Shown in pieces: positions 13,588-27,520 of a DNA stretch of 64,000 nucleotides (position 1 is its first letter; every line of letters starts with the position of its first letter). The position numbers were made by a program, and so were the translations under genes. The stretch is from the human T2T-CHM13v2.0 reference genome, Homo sapiens: assembly GCF_009914755.1 (NCBI RefSeq), contig NC_060945.1; one strand, 5' to 3'. The notes below the pieces were generated by a model. It did no database searches. It had not been told where the DNA came from and saw only the letters and a program-made list of their open reading frames with translations.

Positions 13588-14666
13588 CTTTTTCATATTA
13601 CGGTCAAATGTAATATCACTAGAAGTAAAAATATTTTCATGAGCACTTGCTAATAAGATAAAAATAAGATATCTATTACGTATATAATTTAAATCCAATT
13701 TAAGATCAAGATTCAGCCTTAAACTTGACCTTTTCAGAAATGCTTTTTAATATTCAGAAGGTAGTGGTTCCTTCCTAAATAACACAATGTAGCTGTAAAC
13801 AATTGGATCCGTTTCCTTTCCTTACCCATTTCATTGAACAAATGTCTTTTCCCTCAACTCCCTTATATTTTAGAATTATCTGACTCCTGTGGTCATCTTC
13901 TTTCCGAGGGTTAGTAATCATGAAATAACTTCTAAGCATATAAGTTTTTAGAAATTCATTTACATGATGTATAGTAGGCACACCGTCTTTCATGGAATTG
14001 AAACAGGATTCCTTCTTATCTCAAACCTGCAGGTTGTTGGGAAGCATGTAAGTGATACTGTTCACTTTGGCTACATCACGCCATTCTAAATTCATATCTT
14101 TTCAATGCTATTATTTCTGACATTTCATGTTGTAAACCTAGAAAGGCAGTACTCAGATGTCCACTTTGTGGATTTTGTATTTTTCTATGTGATAGGCCCA
14201 TTTAATAATATATTTTTCCCTTTCAGGCACTTCGAATAATTTAAAGCAAATTATTTTCATGGAAAACTGGTCGATGTTTGAGTCCTCAAGTGCTTACACT
14301 AGGAGGGAAGTAACCTTTTCAGATGAGTGTCTGTTTCACTACATTTCCACAAGAAACATCAAATTTCATATTTCACTATTTTTAAACTAGAGAAATCTAG
14401 GAAATTGTCATTTTCCAAGAACAATATGATGCTGAATTTCCCCCTCTCCCTTTGCCAAACAGTGTGATAGAATTTTCAGTCATTCTCACAAGAATTAATA
14501 ATTAATTATTCTATTACTGTTTCAAAATAAAAATTCTCTGCCATTATCTCCACAAAATTTGTCACTTTGCCACCACCAGCACTATGATGACTGAGAATAA
14601 TCAGAGCATAATTTGATTCCTATAACGTTAATAGAAGCTGACTAAATGGACATTTATTTGATAAGT

Positions 14667-14792
14667 GTTAGAGTGTAAGCTCCACACAGACAGTTTTTTT
14701 ATCTGTTTTTTTCAGTGTCAGATACCAAGATTTGAGCACAGTTTCTGATGTATACTCAGTGCTAAATAGCATGTTGAATGAAGGGGTGAATG
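14667..14792 (+). mobile_element. L2 3' end fragment
   Basis: tagagtgtaagctcc...gagcacagtttctg...tgttgaatgaa. Confidence 0.65.
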
Positions 14793-14924
14793 ACTCCTGT
14801 GCTCAAATTCTATTTGATTAATTCAAACATAATCTGCCTCTTGTGCACAGGATGAAATTATCCTGACTCTGTATTTTTAACTATAATAATAGCAATATGA
14901 AATATATATGTATAATTTTATAAA

Positions 14925-15128
14925 ATTTACAAAATCATTTACACACCACATTTTCTCACCTAAGACTCTAAACAGAGCAAGGCTTTATGATCATAATTTT
15001 ATTGATAATCACATTTAGACTAGGAGAAATTGAGTGTGATTTATCCAAGAGTCACAGAGTGAGAAAATATCAAAAGGAGGATTCAAACTCAAGGCTTATG
15101 ACTTCTAAGTCTCTATGTATTTCACTAC
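14925..15128 (-). mobile_element. MIR fragment
   Basis: gtgatttatccaagagtcacag...ggattcaaactcaagg...tgacttctaagtc. Confidence 0.6.
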
Positions 15129-15254
15129 ATCCATACATTCTATATAGTATTTTTCAAAGTTTGCAAAGCAATGCCCCTTATTTACCTTATGTGATCCTTT
15201 TATTTCTCCGCTTCCCCAACTTTGGAGATAAGCAGGGTTTTGTTTATCTAATGC

Positions 15255-15745
15255 TACACAAAAAGTCACCCCCAAACTTGGAAACCAAAATAATTATTTA
15301 TGGTAATGTGTGTTGACTGAGCTCAACTGGTTATTTCTCACTTCAGATATCTCCTGGAGTGTCGGTCAGATGGTAGCAGAATCTAGAGTCATCTGAAAGT
15401 TCAACTAGACTGGACAACCAAGAAAGTATCTTCATTCACATGTCTGACACCTCAGGTGGGATTGCTAAAAGAGCAGACACTATAGCTCTTTTTCTTTTTG
15501 TGGACTCCCCATATGGCTAGCTTTGGCTTCCTCAAACTTAGAGTCCTCAGAGTGCTTGAACTTCATGTTCAAAAAGTTGGCTTCCCACAGACTACACATT
15601 CCAAGAGAAAAAGAAACATGCCACATTCTATTGTTTACATACGGCAAGCCCTCATTTATTTTGGTTAAAAACTATACAGAAAAGTGAATACTGGACAGCA
15701 TGTTTCACTCAGGGCCATTTTTCAAAAGATAGCAGCACTCTACAA
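15255..15745 (-). mobile_element. MLT1 (J/K/L-type) LTR remnant
   Basis: gagtcatctgaaagttcaactagactggac, ttcattcacatgtctgacacctcag. Confidence 0.6.
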
Positions 15746-15789
15746 TGGTGAACATACATATTGTAGAACTGAGTGGCCAATTTCTTTAC

Positions 15790-15970
15790 CTATAGCCTGG
15801 GTTTGACTCACTTATTGGATTACGTTGGAAATCCAAGGTAAATCTTACTTAATTTCTCTTAGTTTCCATTCCTTATTAAAGTATAGCAATTGCTACCTCA
15901 TAAGGTTGTGTCACTTTGGAATTAGATAATCAAAATAAATGAACTTTGCAAACTCTAAAGTGTTATCTAT
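15790..15970 (+). mobile_element. MIR fragment
   Basis: ttacttaatttctc, ctacctcataaggttgtg, actttgcaaactctaaagtg. Confidence 0.55.
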
Positions 15971-16839
15971 TTTTTTTTTTATTAATGGTGTCATGGGACA
16001 TTGGCTGCTTCTGTTTGAAAATCAAACCTTTCTTCACTGGTATCTTCTTAATCCTCAGAGACTAGAAATTTGAAGTCAAAATATATCATATGAACTGATC
16101 TTTCCCTCCACCACCATTTTATTCCACTGTTATATGTACTCAACAGACTTCTTACAGTTAAATTCATTTTCCAAAGCCGCCATTCTGACTAACCACTCCC
16201 TAATATTCTCTGTACCAAATATGTCTCAAGCCTGGTAAAAAATGAACCCTATAATTTTCCTGGACAACATTTCCTTATAAATTCAAATTTACCTAAAATT
16301 ATCTCCTCCATAATTATTCCTTAAGCTTCTTTGAGATCAGTAGCTTCAAAGCAGGTGAAGTCTCAGTAACTCGAGCAGAAGATGTTACCTATTAAGCATC
16401 CAGCACTATTGCAGGAATTGGTTTTCACTCAATTGTTTAATTATCATCACTGTTCTCTTTCAATTAGGAAAAAATAAGGATATAAGAGAATAGAAAGTAG
16501 GGCAGTATCAGGTACTGTATTGGAGAAAGGCAGAAAAATTGAGGAGGAATGAAGTGCATGTACGGAGAGTTACGCTGTGAAGATAGTACTTCAATAGTTT
16601 CCAACACGGTGCAAAAAGAACTTTTATGTTCTGAACCAATCTTAATGTTAAATGTAACCTTTATCTCTCACTCATTGCACTAAAAGATATATTGAATTAT
16701 AACTCTTCATTTGAAACAAATGATAATCGGAACGATTCAGTATAGGGGAAAACATAAGGGGGAACGCAGAAATGGTCATTTTCAGGAAAATGTTCTCTGG
16801 TAAGAGGATAGGATGTGGTGTGGTCTTTGGTAGAAATAC

Positions 16840-17035
16840 TGACAGACCAGCCACTCTCAAAGGAAGGAAAGCAAAGAATGTGATTTCAGATGCAGGTATG
16901 CTGATGGATTTGATGGTGGGAGCATCAGGAAATTCTCTTTTGGCTGCTATCATTTTCACTGTAAAATGAAAAACAAGAATATTAGCTGAGAGAGGAAGGG
17001 CAGAAAAATTTGGAAGTTTAAGAAGAGAGGTCAAA
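16840..17035 (-). mobile_element. L2 internal fragment
   Basis: gatggtgggagc...ggaaattctcttttggctgct...agctgagag matches the antisense L2 body. Confidence 0.55.
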
Positions 17036-17109
17036 GTGTACCTCACAAAGGTACATGTCCCAGGTAGGACCCAAAAACTCTTTTAAGGGATTAGTATGAA
17101 TGGTGGAAA

Positions 17110-17415
17110 AGAAAGAATTTTGCTTTCCTCAGATCTGGAATTGCATGCTATATTGGCCTGGAGCTGCCAACAGCCATCTTTCCAAATGTGTAGAAAAGTC
17201 AGACTGAAAACAAAGTCAACACGGAAAATAATAGATCAAATATGGAATGAGAGAGGCAAAATTCTTACATTACCATTGCAGGGCATGAGAGCAGCCAGGC
17301 TTGTACAGAGAGCACCCCCTGAGGTTTTCTACTACATGAGTGAATAAATTTCTTTGTTGATTAAGCTTGTTTGAATGTGTTTTTGTCAATTATAATCAAA
17401 AGAGTACTCAATACA
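17110..17415 (+). mobile_element. MLT1 (J/K-type) LTR 3' part
   Basis: gcctggagctgccaacagccatctt; tacatgagtgaataaatt...aaagagtactcaataca. Confidence 0.65.
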
Positions 17416-17504
17416 TCAGATAGTTAAGGAGTGGTGTTTTAAGTTTCACATAATAAATTCTTAAAATGACCAGAAAAATAGTGTAACAAATTGATAGATT
17501 ATCA

Positions 17505-17830
17505 AGATGGTTTTTAGAATTAGAAAACTGAGTTTGAATTTTGACTGCTCCATGTAATGAGATGTGTGAACTTTGGGCTTACTTAATCTCTCTGAGCTTC
17601 ATATCATCGATAAATTGAGTATAATGATAACATCTCCCATGTAAGTCCTGGGCAATATATCAGTGTTTTATACATATTATCTTCCCAATATTCCAATTCT
17701 CCAGTAGAGCAGGTATTATTATCTTGCATTTACAAATGAGAAGAGTGAGACTTAGCAAGGTTAATAATCAGCCCAACATTCCACAACTAGTAAGGTGGTA
17801 TTGAACCCATGTTTCTATTACCTGAAACCT
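17505..17830. mobile_element. Two MIR fragments (+ 17505-17640, - 17640-17830)
   Basis: ttacttaatctctctgagctt on +; atttacaaatgagaagagtgagacttagcaaggttaa on -. Confidence 0.65.
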
Positions 17831-17831
17831 G

Positions 17832-17970
17832 GAGTGACCACAAAGTCTCAATTCACCTGGGACTATTGTAGTCTGTGCCTATTGCACCTGCATTCCATCC
17901 AATTAGCACACTCTTTCACTTACAAAAAAAAGAAAATCTCGGATTTGACAATAGATTAGATGGTCACCGT
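17832..17970 (-). mobile_element. MER94-like hAT-Blackjack MITE
   Basis: Terminal inverted repeats gagtgacca / tggtcaccg about 138 bp apart. Confidence 0.6.
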
Positions 17971-18385
17971 TGAAGGTTGGGTTTTACAAGAAGCTGACTC
18001 TGAAGTCACAGATCAGCTTGCGGGAAGTTAATTGGGGAATACTCTCTGGATCTACATCTTAGGGGGTAAAAAAAAAAATCAAGATTGGCCACGGGAAGAA
18101 CAAAAGTCTCAGCAAACCCCACAGGGACCTTGGAAGCTGGAATGACACTTTGGAGTTGTTCCATTTGGAAAAGAGTTTCTGAGCCATGATATCACTGTAT
18201 CATCCCACTCACCATATGAGGTCTGGCCCTAAGAAAAGGGAGTGCTCTTCAACAAGATAGCACTCTTCAGCTGAGGACAATTTCTGGAGAAAGCTGACAG
18301 CCGAGAGTTTTATGCTGGCAGCACTCCCAGTAGCTGGAGAAAGAAGTTCTTCAGAAGGACTGGGCCACATACATCTCTACCACAG
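17971..18385 (-). mobile_element. LTR16C-like ERVL LTR
   Basis: gaagctgactctga, tctcagcaaaccccacaggga, ggagttgttcc. Confidence 0.6.
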
Positions 18386-18408
18386 CTGTAAGCTTTCATT
18401 TCTCATGA

Positions 18409-18757
<349 letters not shown>

Positions 18758-19561
18758 GCTCTGAGTATTAATAAAAGCATGCTTATATTATGTTTAATAG
18801 TACCTGGTATATATTAATATATACTTACATATTTATACACACACCACACCTACTCCTATACATATAGATTCAATAAATGGCAACAATTATTTTGTTAAAT
18901 ACGTGTGATATACATATAATAATAACATAAATATTATTATTGTAAAGTTACCACTTCAAAACGAGGAGTCTGAAATCATTGAAAGATAAGATTTATAAAA
19001 TTTTGTTTGGAGTTCGTCTAACTTGAAAGATCGCCAAGAGCAGCCCAGCACAATGTCCTGATACATAAACTGTTAAAAATCCTGAAGCTTCTTGAGAGCC
19101 ACATAGGCAGAAAGAATCTAGGTATAGGTCAGTGAAAGGAATCCCATATGAGAAGTGGTGGTGGAGGAAGTGTGGGTTGGTGGGAGAGATGTATGGCTAT
19201 TAACGTGCTGTTGAAATCCACCAATTCTCATAGTCAAAAGCCTTTGGGAAGAAGAGAGGAAAATGTTTTTCCCCTAACTGTTTGCAATCTTCTTTAAGTA
19301 CTAAGCCCATGATTGGGGTGGTTGTGGAAAAGGTGGATCTAGAACTCCATCAAACAACTTCCCTCTGGCCATTTCTGCATCCTCACTGTATTATTTGTTA
19401 ATTCTACTCCTAAAATTGTGTGGAGGTTAACCAGGGCTTTAAACTAAACATATTAGTAGTAAAAGAGAGATTCCCTATTGAATTAATCTGACGTGATTAC
19501 AGAAAAGACAACTCATTCCTCCAGGACTTGGAGCCTTTGGAGTGTGCACATGCATAGAAAA

Positions 19562-20056
19562 TGTGGTGGTTAATTTTTCTAAGGTCAGCTTGGCTGGGCT
19601 AAGGGATGCCCAAATAGCGGGTAAAACATTATTTCTGGCTGCGTCTGTGAACGCGTCATTTTGATAGACTGAGTAAAGATTGCCCTCACCAATGTGGGTG
19701 GAGCTCATGCAATGCATTGAGGACCCAAACAGAACAAAAAGGCAGAGGAAGGGAGAACTGGCTGTCTCTGCTTGAGCTGGGACAGCATCTTTTTCTTTCT
19801 TTGGACATCAGTTATTTGGTTCTCTGAACTTTGGACTCAAAATGGAATTTCTGCCATTGATTCCCCTGGTTCTCACACCTTGAAGTTTGGACTGGCACTA
19901 TACTACTTGCCTTCCTGGGCCTCTGGCTTGCAAACAGCAGTTGATGGGATTTCTCAGCCTCCAAAATCACATGACCCAATCCCTCATAATAATTATCTTT
20001 CTATATATTTTTATATAGGTATTGATTCTGTTTCTCTGGAGAACTCTGTCTGAAAT
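19562..20056 (+). mobile_element. MLT2 (B/D-type) ERVL solo LTR
   Basis: tgtggtggttaattt...ggctaagggatgcccaaatag; ends ttctgtttctctggagaactctg. Confidence 0.85.
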
Positions 20057-21238
20057 AGATATTTGGAAATAGCAAGCAAAAATTTCGGAAACTCTTCCTA
20101 GTCAAAATATAAAGTAGACAATTAATTACCCTCATGGAGTAGTAGCATCCCGGGCAATATATTTTGCTAATGCAGCAAAATACAATTGTTAGTTGACTCA
20201 CACTTGCTCTAAGTCTATCTATCTATCTATATATGATTTTTTTTGTCTCTTTCAATTTTCTTATGCTGATCACGACGATCAGAAGACTGGTTTTTAGACT
20301 ACTGGTAACTACTACAAGTTTGAAATATTTAATTTGAGTTAATTCATATACCATTATGAGAAAGTTTGAGAGAAACTTAATGCTCAATTAACAAATAATT
20401 TAAATATTATTTCCATTTTATTACTTGATTCCCCAAGTCTTTCAGTGGCTGCCTTGGATAATAGGTATGCTTTGGAATGTACACGTGAGCTTTCAAAAGC
20501 AAAACAAAATGAATTATGACATTCTTTTATGAAGTAGAATTTCTGAGAGTAATTCAGTGTAAGTAAAATCAATATAAACATCTATATTACCCCTGATTGA
20601 TGGGAAAAGGATAATATACTATCAAAACTACCTTGAAAGTAATCATAAAGTGGATTTTCCACTCAGGATAACTTTTCACAGTTTTATTCCCTAGAAGAGA
20701 ATGTTACGTGCTATTAAACCTCATGAACCCTTGACCTTGGTTCATATAAAGACAGTGAGAACTGGTCCCAGTTATTAAAGAAATTTGGCATAGACACATT
20801 CTTGCTTTTATAGTAAGAAATAATAAGGTTTTCTTTCACTCTGGGGAGAGGCTATTAAAGCTAAATATTACAATGATTTTTAAGGGAGAGAGTTCGTTTT
20901 GACAATCCAAGAGAAGTGTATGTTTCGCATAAATACATAATGTAGAGGAGATTTGTGATTTTATAAAGATGACCAAAAGTAAAAACAAAGTAAGTGTGTT
21001 AACATATGGAAGAATAAGAAACATTCCTGTTAGACCAGCTTCTAAAAACAATTTGAATTATTAGACGGAGATTACATTTCATTTTATAAAGAGCAAAAAT
21101 TAGATAGGTAATTGTCCTGTTACAAATTATTGGAGAATATTTTATATATTTAAATAATTCACTACCAATGACTGCATGAACAGAAATACAGATTACATTT
21201 ACTGTCCCTCTCTATTAGAGGAAGTTTAATTTTATGAT

Positions 21239-22489
21239 TGTGTCTGGAATTGGTGGGTTCTTGGTCTGACTTCAAGAATGATGCCGCGGACCTTCGCAGC
21301 GAGTGTTACAATTCTTAAAGATGGTGTGTCTGGAGTCTGTTCCTTCATATTTTCAGATGCGTCCCGAGTTTCTTCTTTCTGGTGGGTTCGTGGGTTCGTG
21401 GTCGCGCTGACTTCAGGGGTGAAGCTGCAGACCTTCCCCGTGAGTGTTACAGCTCTTAAAGGTGGCACATCTGGAGTTGTCATTCCTTCCGGTGGGTTCC
21501 TGGTCTCGCTGGCCTCAGGACTGAAACTGCAGACCTTCCAGATGAGTGTTACAGTTCATAAAGGTGGTGTCCAGAGTTGTTGGTTCCTCCCATCCAGAGT
21601 TGTTCCACTCTCCCCATGGTTCATGGTCTCGCTGGCTTCAGCAGTTAAGCCGCAGACCTGCACTGTGAGTGTTACAGCTTATAAAGGCGGCACAGACCCA
21701 AAGAGTGAACAGCAGCAATATTTATTGCAAAGAGGGAAAGAACAAAGCCACCACAGCATGGAAGGTGACCTGAGAGGGTTGCAGCTGCTGGCTCGGGTGG
21801 TCTGCTTTTATTCCCTTATCTGGTCCCACCCACATCCTGCTGATTGGTCCATTTTACAGAGAGCTGATTGGTCCATTTTACAGAGAGCTGATTGGTACGT
21901 TTGGACAGAGTGCTTATTGGTGTGTTTACAAACCTTTAGCTAGACACAGAGTGCTGATTGGTGCGTTTACAATCCTTTAGCTAGATGGAAAAGTTCTCCA
22001 AGTCCCTACCCGGGCCAGAAGCCCAGCCGGTTTCACCTCTCACTGGCACTGGCTGCGGGACTTTGCGGCACTTATCCCGGGCACTCCGGCAGCCTAGAGA
22101 AAGCTCCTCCCAGACAATCAAGAGGAAAAGAGGGGAAGCAAGAAAGAGACGGAGACCCGCCATCGTGGCCAAAGACCCCGCGAAGAGGGAACGGTGGTCG
22201 ACGCACGGGACCCAGCCTCCGATCAAGCCCAGCAGGCGCTGAGATCACGCCCACCCAGACCGCACGCCGGCCGGCCAGCGCTGGGCGCAGCCCCGGCTCC
22301 TGCTGGCACCTCTCTCTTCACACTTCCCCAAGAGCAGAGGGAGCCGGCTCAGGCCTCGGCCAGCCCCAGAGAAGGGCCCTCATAGTGCAGAGGTGTGCTG
22401 AAGGGCTCCTGGAGCGCAGCCAGAGCGGACGCGGAGGCCGAGGAAGCGCCGAGAGCCAGCGAGGGCTGCTAGCACGTTGTCACCTCTCA
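21239..22489 (-). mobile_element. LTR12 (ERV9) solo LTR, LTR12B/D-like
   Basis: Minus strand reads TGAGAGGTGACAACGTGCTAGC...CCAATTCCAGACACA; perfect 4-bp TSD tgat (21235-21238, 22490-22493); U5 repeats gagtgttaca at about 21301, 21443, 21545 and 21667. Confidence 0.95.
21805..21962 (-). promoter_or_regulatory. ERV9 LTR core promoter: tandem CCAAT (NF-Y) boxes, GATA motif and AATAAA TATA-like box, directed leftward
   Basis: gattgg/attgg repeated between 21842 and 21961 within 24-bp units; ttatct at 21817; tttatt at 21807. Activity not shown. Confidence 0.7.
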
Positions 22490-22538
22490 TGATGTTGTAA
22501 AATAAGAAAGGGTAAATGTTATTTAAGAATTCCTTCCT

Positions 22539-22888
<350 letters not shown>

Positions 22889-25235
22889 TCAAAAGATACA
22901 AAAAATCTATAAGAGTTAAGCAAAGCTATATTTATTTTGCTGCAACACTACTATGCACAGTGACATGGTCAAGTTGCTTTTTATAATGATTTATAGTGAT
23001 ATTAATTTGCGTCAGTCATTTTCATGACCCCAAAGCCAACTCAATAATACCAGAAAATACTTGTTTGCTTGCCTACATTTTGTAATAATCCAATGTCCTG
23101 AAATAAAAATGAATATTTTCTTCCTGGAAATAAAGTGAGATAATTTTCTTCTTCCAAGAGAGTCATGAAACAAGAACAGAATGACATTATACTAAACTAT
23201 TTCACAAATATGGGTCAACAGTGGAGGCTTTTTTGTTCATTTATGTAAATTTGATTTGGCTCTATTTTCCTGAGTTGCATTTTATGCTTCTTTCACCTGC
23301 CTTGCCAAATGAAAAGAAAAATCATTTATTTATTAAAACATACACTAATACAAGAAAATAATTTCACTCTTCACAAACTTTGGCATTATGAAGTCACTGG
23401 TTACTGGAGATTTAATTTCTGTAACATATCTGAAGTGCTTATTTTTTTCTTTCCATGAAGGAAACCTTTTGGAATTAAGATATGGTACATTTAACTAAAC
23501 GAGGATTGCATTTGCTGTTTCTGTGATAACATTTTACATCTGAAATTCCAATAAATATTTCTCTTCTTGCTTTGAGGTGGTTTAGTTAATCATTCAGGTG
23601 GTTGGCTTTCATAAGAAGTAAAGGCGCGCCAGCATTTATAGTTTCCCAGAGTTCGTTTTTTGCCTCAAGCTTGTATTTATTCTTATTACACTCACTAGCT
23701 TAGATACCAGGTGAATACCTGGGAGAAAGAAAAAATTAATTTAAAAAGTAATAAAAATAAAAGAACAAAAAAACACAAAACTATTCAACATGCCAGCAAT
23801 CCTGTTCTCTTAAGAAACCTACCTGTTTTTTTCAATGCGTATAAGTTTTAGCATTTTATAGCAATTAGATGAGTCTCTATATCATTAGAACTTAGGTCCT
23901 TGGAATTAGGACAATACTATTTTCTGCAATAAATATTTGGCTCTAGAAATCTATTTTGACCTGTACTATAATGCATAGCAGCAGAATTAAAATATTGTGT
24001 GTTATCATCAAAAGTTTCAGCCTTATTTTTTCACATTTGAATATAAATATTAAAATGATGAAGGCCCCTTTTAGTCTTTTTATTCTTAGAGAAGGCTGAA
24101 TAAATGTTATAAAACAAGAAAAAGACTGTAAAAGAATAATTGCTAATTATAAAAAAAATTTTAAATATATCATCAAGCCATAATAGCGGTTCTCTATTTC
24201 CTTTTTTAATTTAAAATGGACATGAACAAACTTTCATAATACCTTTGTGGAATCTAGTTAGAGCTTTACTCCATTACAGAACAGAAACTTTTCACTGTGA
24301 AGAGATCAAAAGCACTGCTTTCCTTTGTGGCAAATGAACATTTAATTATCTAACGCTAAATAAAATTTGCTGGCAAAAGATATGCTAGTAAAAAAACAAC
24401 ACAAGGCTTTTTTCTGACAGTATGATTTACATAGCTACATTTTCATTACTTTTATTTTTCTACATAACTAGTGTCTTTTCAGTTGCAAATGTTTGACATT
24501 CTGACAAGTAGTGTGGCAGAGTCTTAGATTATAGGTTGCATTTAGCCAAAAGAAAGACTTCGAATGGAATTTTTTTCTATTGACACACTTTCTAACAACA
24601 TACTTATTTTCTAAAAAGGTTTTTATAACTTAGTGTTGATAATATCAAATATCTAAGCAATTTTGCTTAAAAAGCATAGAACACCAATATTTAATGAAGA
24701 TTAGTTAAATAGCACACATTGACTACTTGTTTAAAAATATTCAGAAAAGTTTTGACACATGCTAAAGTGCTGAAGTATGGTTTTGGCCTTCCATAAAAAT
24801 AATATATTGTGCATAAATGGAAGCAGAATGAAGAAAGCGATGAGAAAACATCTAGAAAATTGCTAGTGTGGTAAACATATTAAAATAATTTGGCATGGGA
24901 AATGTTTTTTCTCTTTTAAATTTAATTATGGTAAGAAAGAAGAGCATTTTAAAGAAGATGTTAATTTCCATCAACAATATGCAAGAGAAACTAATGTAGA
25001 GTATGTATATTAGAGAAACACATAACTGCATATATGTATGGTTAAAACTTAATGCCTTCTGGCTTTGTCATTTATAAGAATTATTACCTACACAAGGAGT
25101 ACTGTGCTGAACCCTTTGCATTTCCTTAGTTTTATCACATAAAAGCAAACACATCTCCATTTTCTAGATTTTCTTTCTTTTTTTTTTTTTTTTTTTGGTG
25201 TTCACCTGGTATTTACCTCTAAATTTCTAAATAAC

Positions 25236-25350
25236 TGTGCAAAGGAGGGTTAACCCAATAGATGAGATTGCTCAAACCTTCCACATTCCCAAGAAAAATC
25301 TATTTTCCGGACTAGTCCCTGGCTGGCTCATGGAAGCTTAAGCACTGGGC
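25236..25350 (+). mobile_element. MER77-like LTR 5' fragment
   Basis: tgtgcaaaggagggttaac...ttgctcaaaccttccacattcccaag. Confidence 0.45.
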
Positions 25351-27040
25351 TTCTCAGAGTCATGAAAATAAGGTCGCTCCACTTTTTACTCTTTGGTTCT
25401 TGGACTCATACAGTCTATCTTAATGGTTAAATGACCGTCAGGTCAACACACATTCTGCATCTCAAAGGACAACACTACAATCCCACGCATATTATCTCCA
25501 AGTTTATGCTTAGCTTCACTTTTAATTTTCTCAGGCCTCACCTTTTTGGGTGATATGGGGTTTAGTATGCAACCGTCTTGTGTCCATTAACACACCTCTT
25601 TCACCATAAAACAGGTTTCTTTGCCTGTGAGTATATAATACAGGGTCCCATGCCAATATATCTGTGAACAATACTATCCTTAAGTAGTAGTATGGTCCTA
25701 GCCATTGCTGGCAAGAAAAGCAAATTTTAAATGAGCCTTACTCAAAACCAACTGCTCCCCTTTTTGGAATGATCCTAAATGCTCAACTTGCAACCAAGTG
25801 GCTGGTTGGCCTCCCCATAGAACAGTGTCCTGTTGAGGTCATGGTTTCTGATGATGACAGGATGGATATTCTGCAGCCACAATAGAAACCTGGATGAGAG
25901 GGAGCCTATGCTGTTGGCTTGCCAGCAGCCACCTTGGCTACCTCCACTATGAGCGCCTCCACTATAAGGAGCTAAGGAGAGATACTAGCTGGCATTTGCT
26001 GGATAAAAGACATCCCATCCACTTTGTTGTTTAGTGTCTGCTCTTCAGTGGGTGTTCTCTGATGGGCAGTGATGTAAGATAACAATACATCTTCTTTCTA
26101 CCTGATTCCATGTGTTCATCTACACTACTTTTTCCCAAATCGAGGTCAGTGTTAGGGCTCTGAACACAATACCCTAAAGTTTGGTACCTGGTGTGCTGAG
26201 TACTTTGAACTAAAGGAGATTGGAAGGACCTCAGAAGCAAGGTCTTTCTGACTTCTTATCCTCCTGTTTCCTTCTTCTCTTTCTTTGCTGAAGTCAGTCA
26301 TGGAACTCAGAATTCCTATTCTCCAAGGTGGATCATAGAAAGTAAAATTCTTCTTCCCCGAGGCACGTCATGGAAACAAAAATTCTCTTCCAAAGCAAGC
26401 CATAAAACCTAGAAGGCTCATTCTAACTTTTTTCCCTTCTCCCTTGCAGACACTTATTCTAGGAAGGTCCTGCCCACACCTAGGAGGAAGAAACCCTACA
26501 CAAAGAGGCTAATAAATATTTGAATAGAAAGGCATTATTGTGCTTCCCCCTTCAGTCTATTACCAATGGATTATACACTTTTGTCTAGTCAGCTTTCTAC
26601 GTGGATACCCATTCTTCATGAGCCTAAGCATCAAAATAGACAGTTCCCCCTGGGTCATTGGGTCTTCATTTCTGAAGGCTCCTGTGTCATGTAAAAAACT
26701 GATTAAATAAATTGCTATCCTTTTCTCTTGTTAATCTCTGTCTTTTGTTACAGGAGTGTCAGCCATGACCTATGATGTGTGAAGAAAGATATCTCACACC
26801 TTTCTACCCCTTCACCGCTGTCTATTCCACTCTTAACCTGCACTCAACTACTGTGACTCTCCTCTTGGTCTCTTATCCCAGAGTACTGTGACTCTACCTC
26901 TAAGCCTTGCTTCCTGCTCTTGTGCCATTTTTTACATCTTTCTCTAATCTTACGGATTAAATTATATCCATTTGAACGTCTGGGATGAAATCTGTTTTCT
27001 GATGCATCCCTTACAAATATAAGGACATTTCAACAAATAT
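25350..27040 (-). mobile_element. Ancient ERVL-type internal remnant, split by the MER39 LTR
   Basis: gatgcatcccttacaaatataaggacatttt and acattctgcatctcaaaggacaac resemble antisense ERVL-int. Confidence 0.45.
26150..26814 (+). mobile_element. MER39/MER39B ERV1 solo LTR
   Basis: tgttagggctctgaacacaataccctaaag...tgctgagtactttgaactaaaggagattggaagg; ends ccccttca. Confidence 0.8.
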
Positions 27041-27330
27041 TTAAGGGAGGATATCTCAGAGGAGGCTGTTTTGGACAGAATTAACACCAAGATCTAATAA
27101 TGAAATCATACCTTGCCTGGATCTTTGAAAAACAGTACGACCAGTGTGAATGAATGGAGCAACCAAGAGGTTAGGCAGTAGGAGATGAGGCCAGAGAAGA
27201 AAGAGGGTGTGGTAGCCCCCTAATCCTGGCACTTACTTCCACTGGATCTAAAATCCAGCACGGAATTATGCTGACCACATCAGCCTAACTAATATTGATC
27301 TAAGTAACATTTATGTTCTAGCACCTAAAT

Positions 27331-27520
27331 CAGGAGTCTGCAAAGGATAGCCCACTGCCAAAATCTGGCCCACTCTCCAGTTTTTGTAACTAAAATGTTA
27401 TCAGAACTCAGCCAAGTCCATTCATTTACAAACTGTCTACGGTGGCAGAGACAATACGGCTCACAAAGTCTAAAATATTTACTCTCTGGCTCTTTATAGA
27501 AAAAATTTGCTGACCCCTTG
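27331..27520 (+). mobile_element. MER58A hAT-Charlie MITE
   Basis: Ends caggagtctgcaaa / tttgctgacccctt; internal aaagtctaaaatatttact; ctaaat on both flanks. Confidence 0.8.

Noticed and set aside
21278-21943. Longest ORF (221 aa)
   Set aside because: Lies antisense inside LTR12; its repeated peptide motifs just mirror the LTR tandem repeats.
24472-24936. Possible + strand exon (tcttttcag acceptor, gtaaga donor)
   Set aside because: No ORF in the track and no partner exons; such splice-like words are common by chance.
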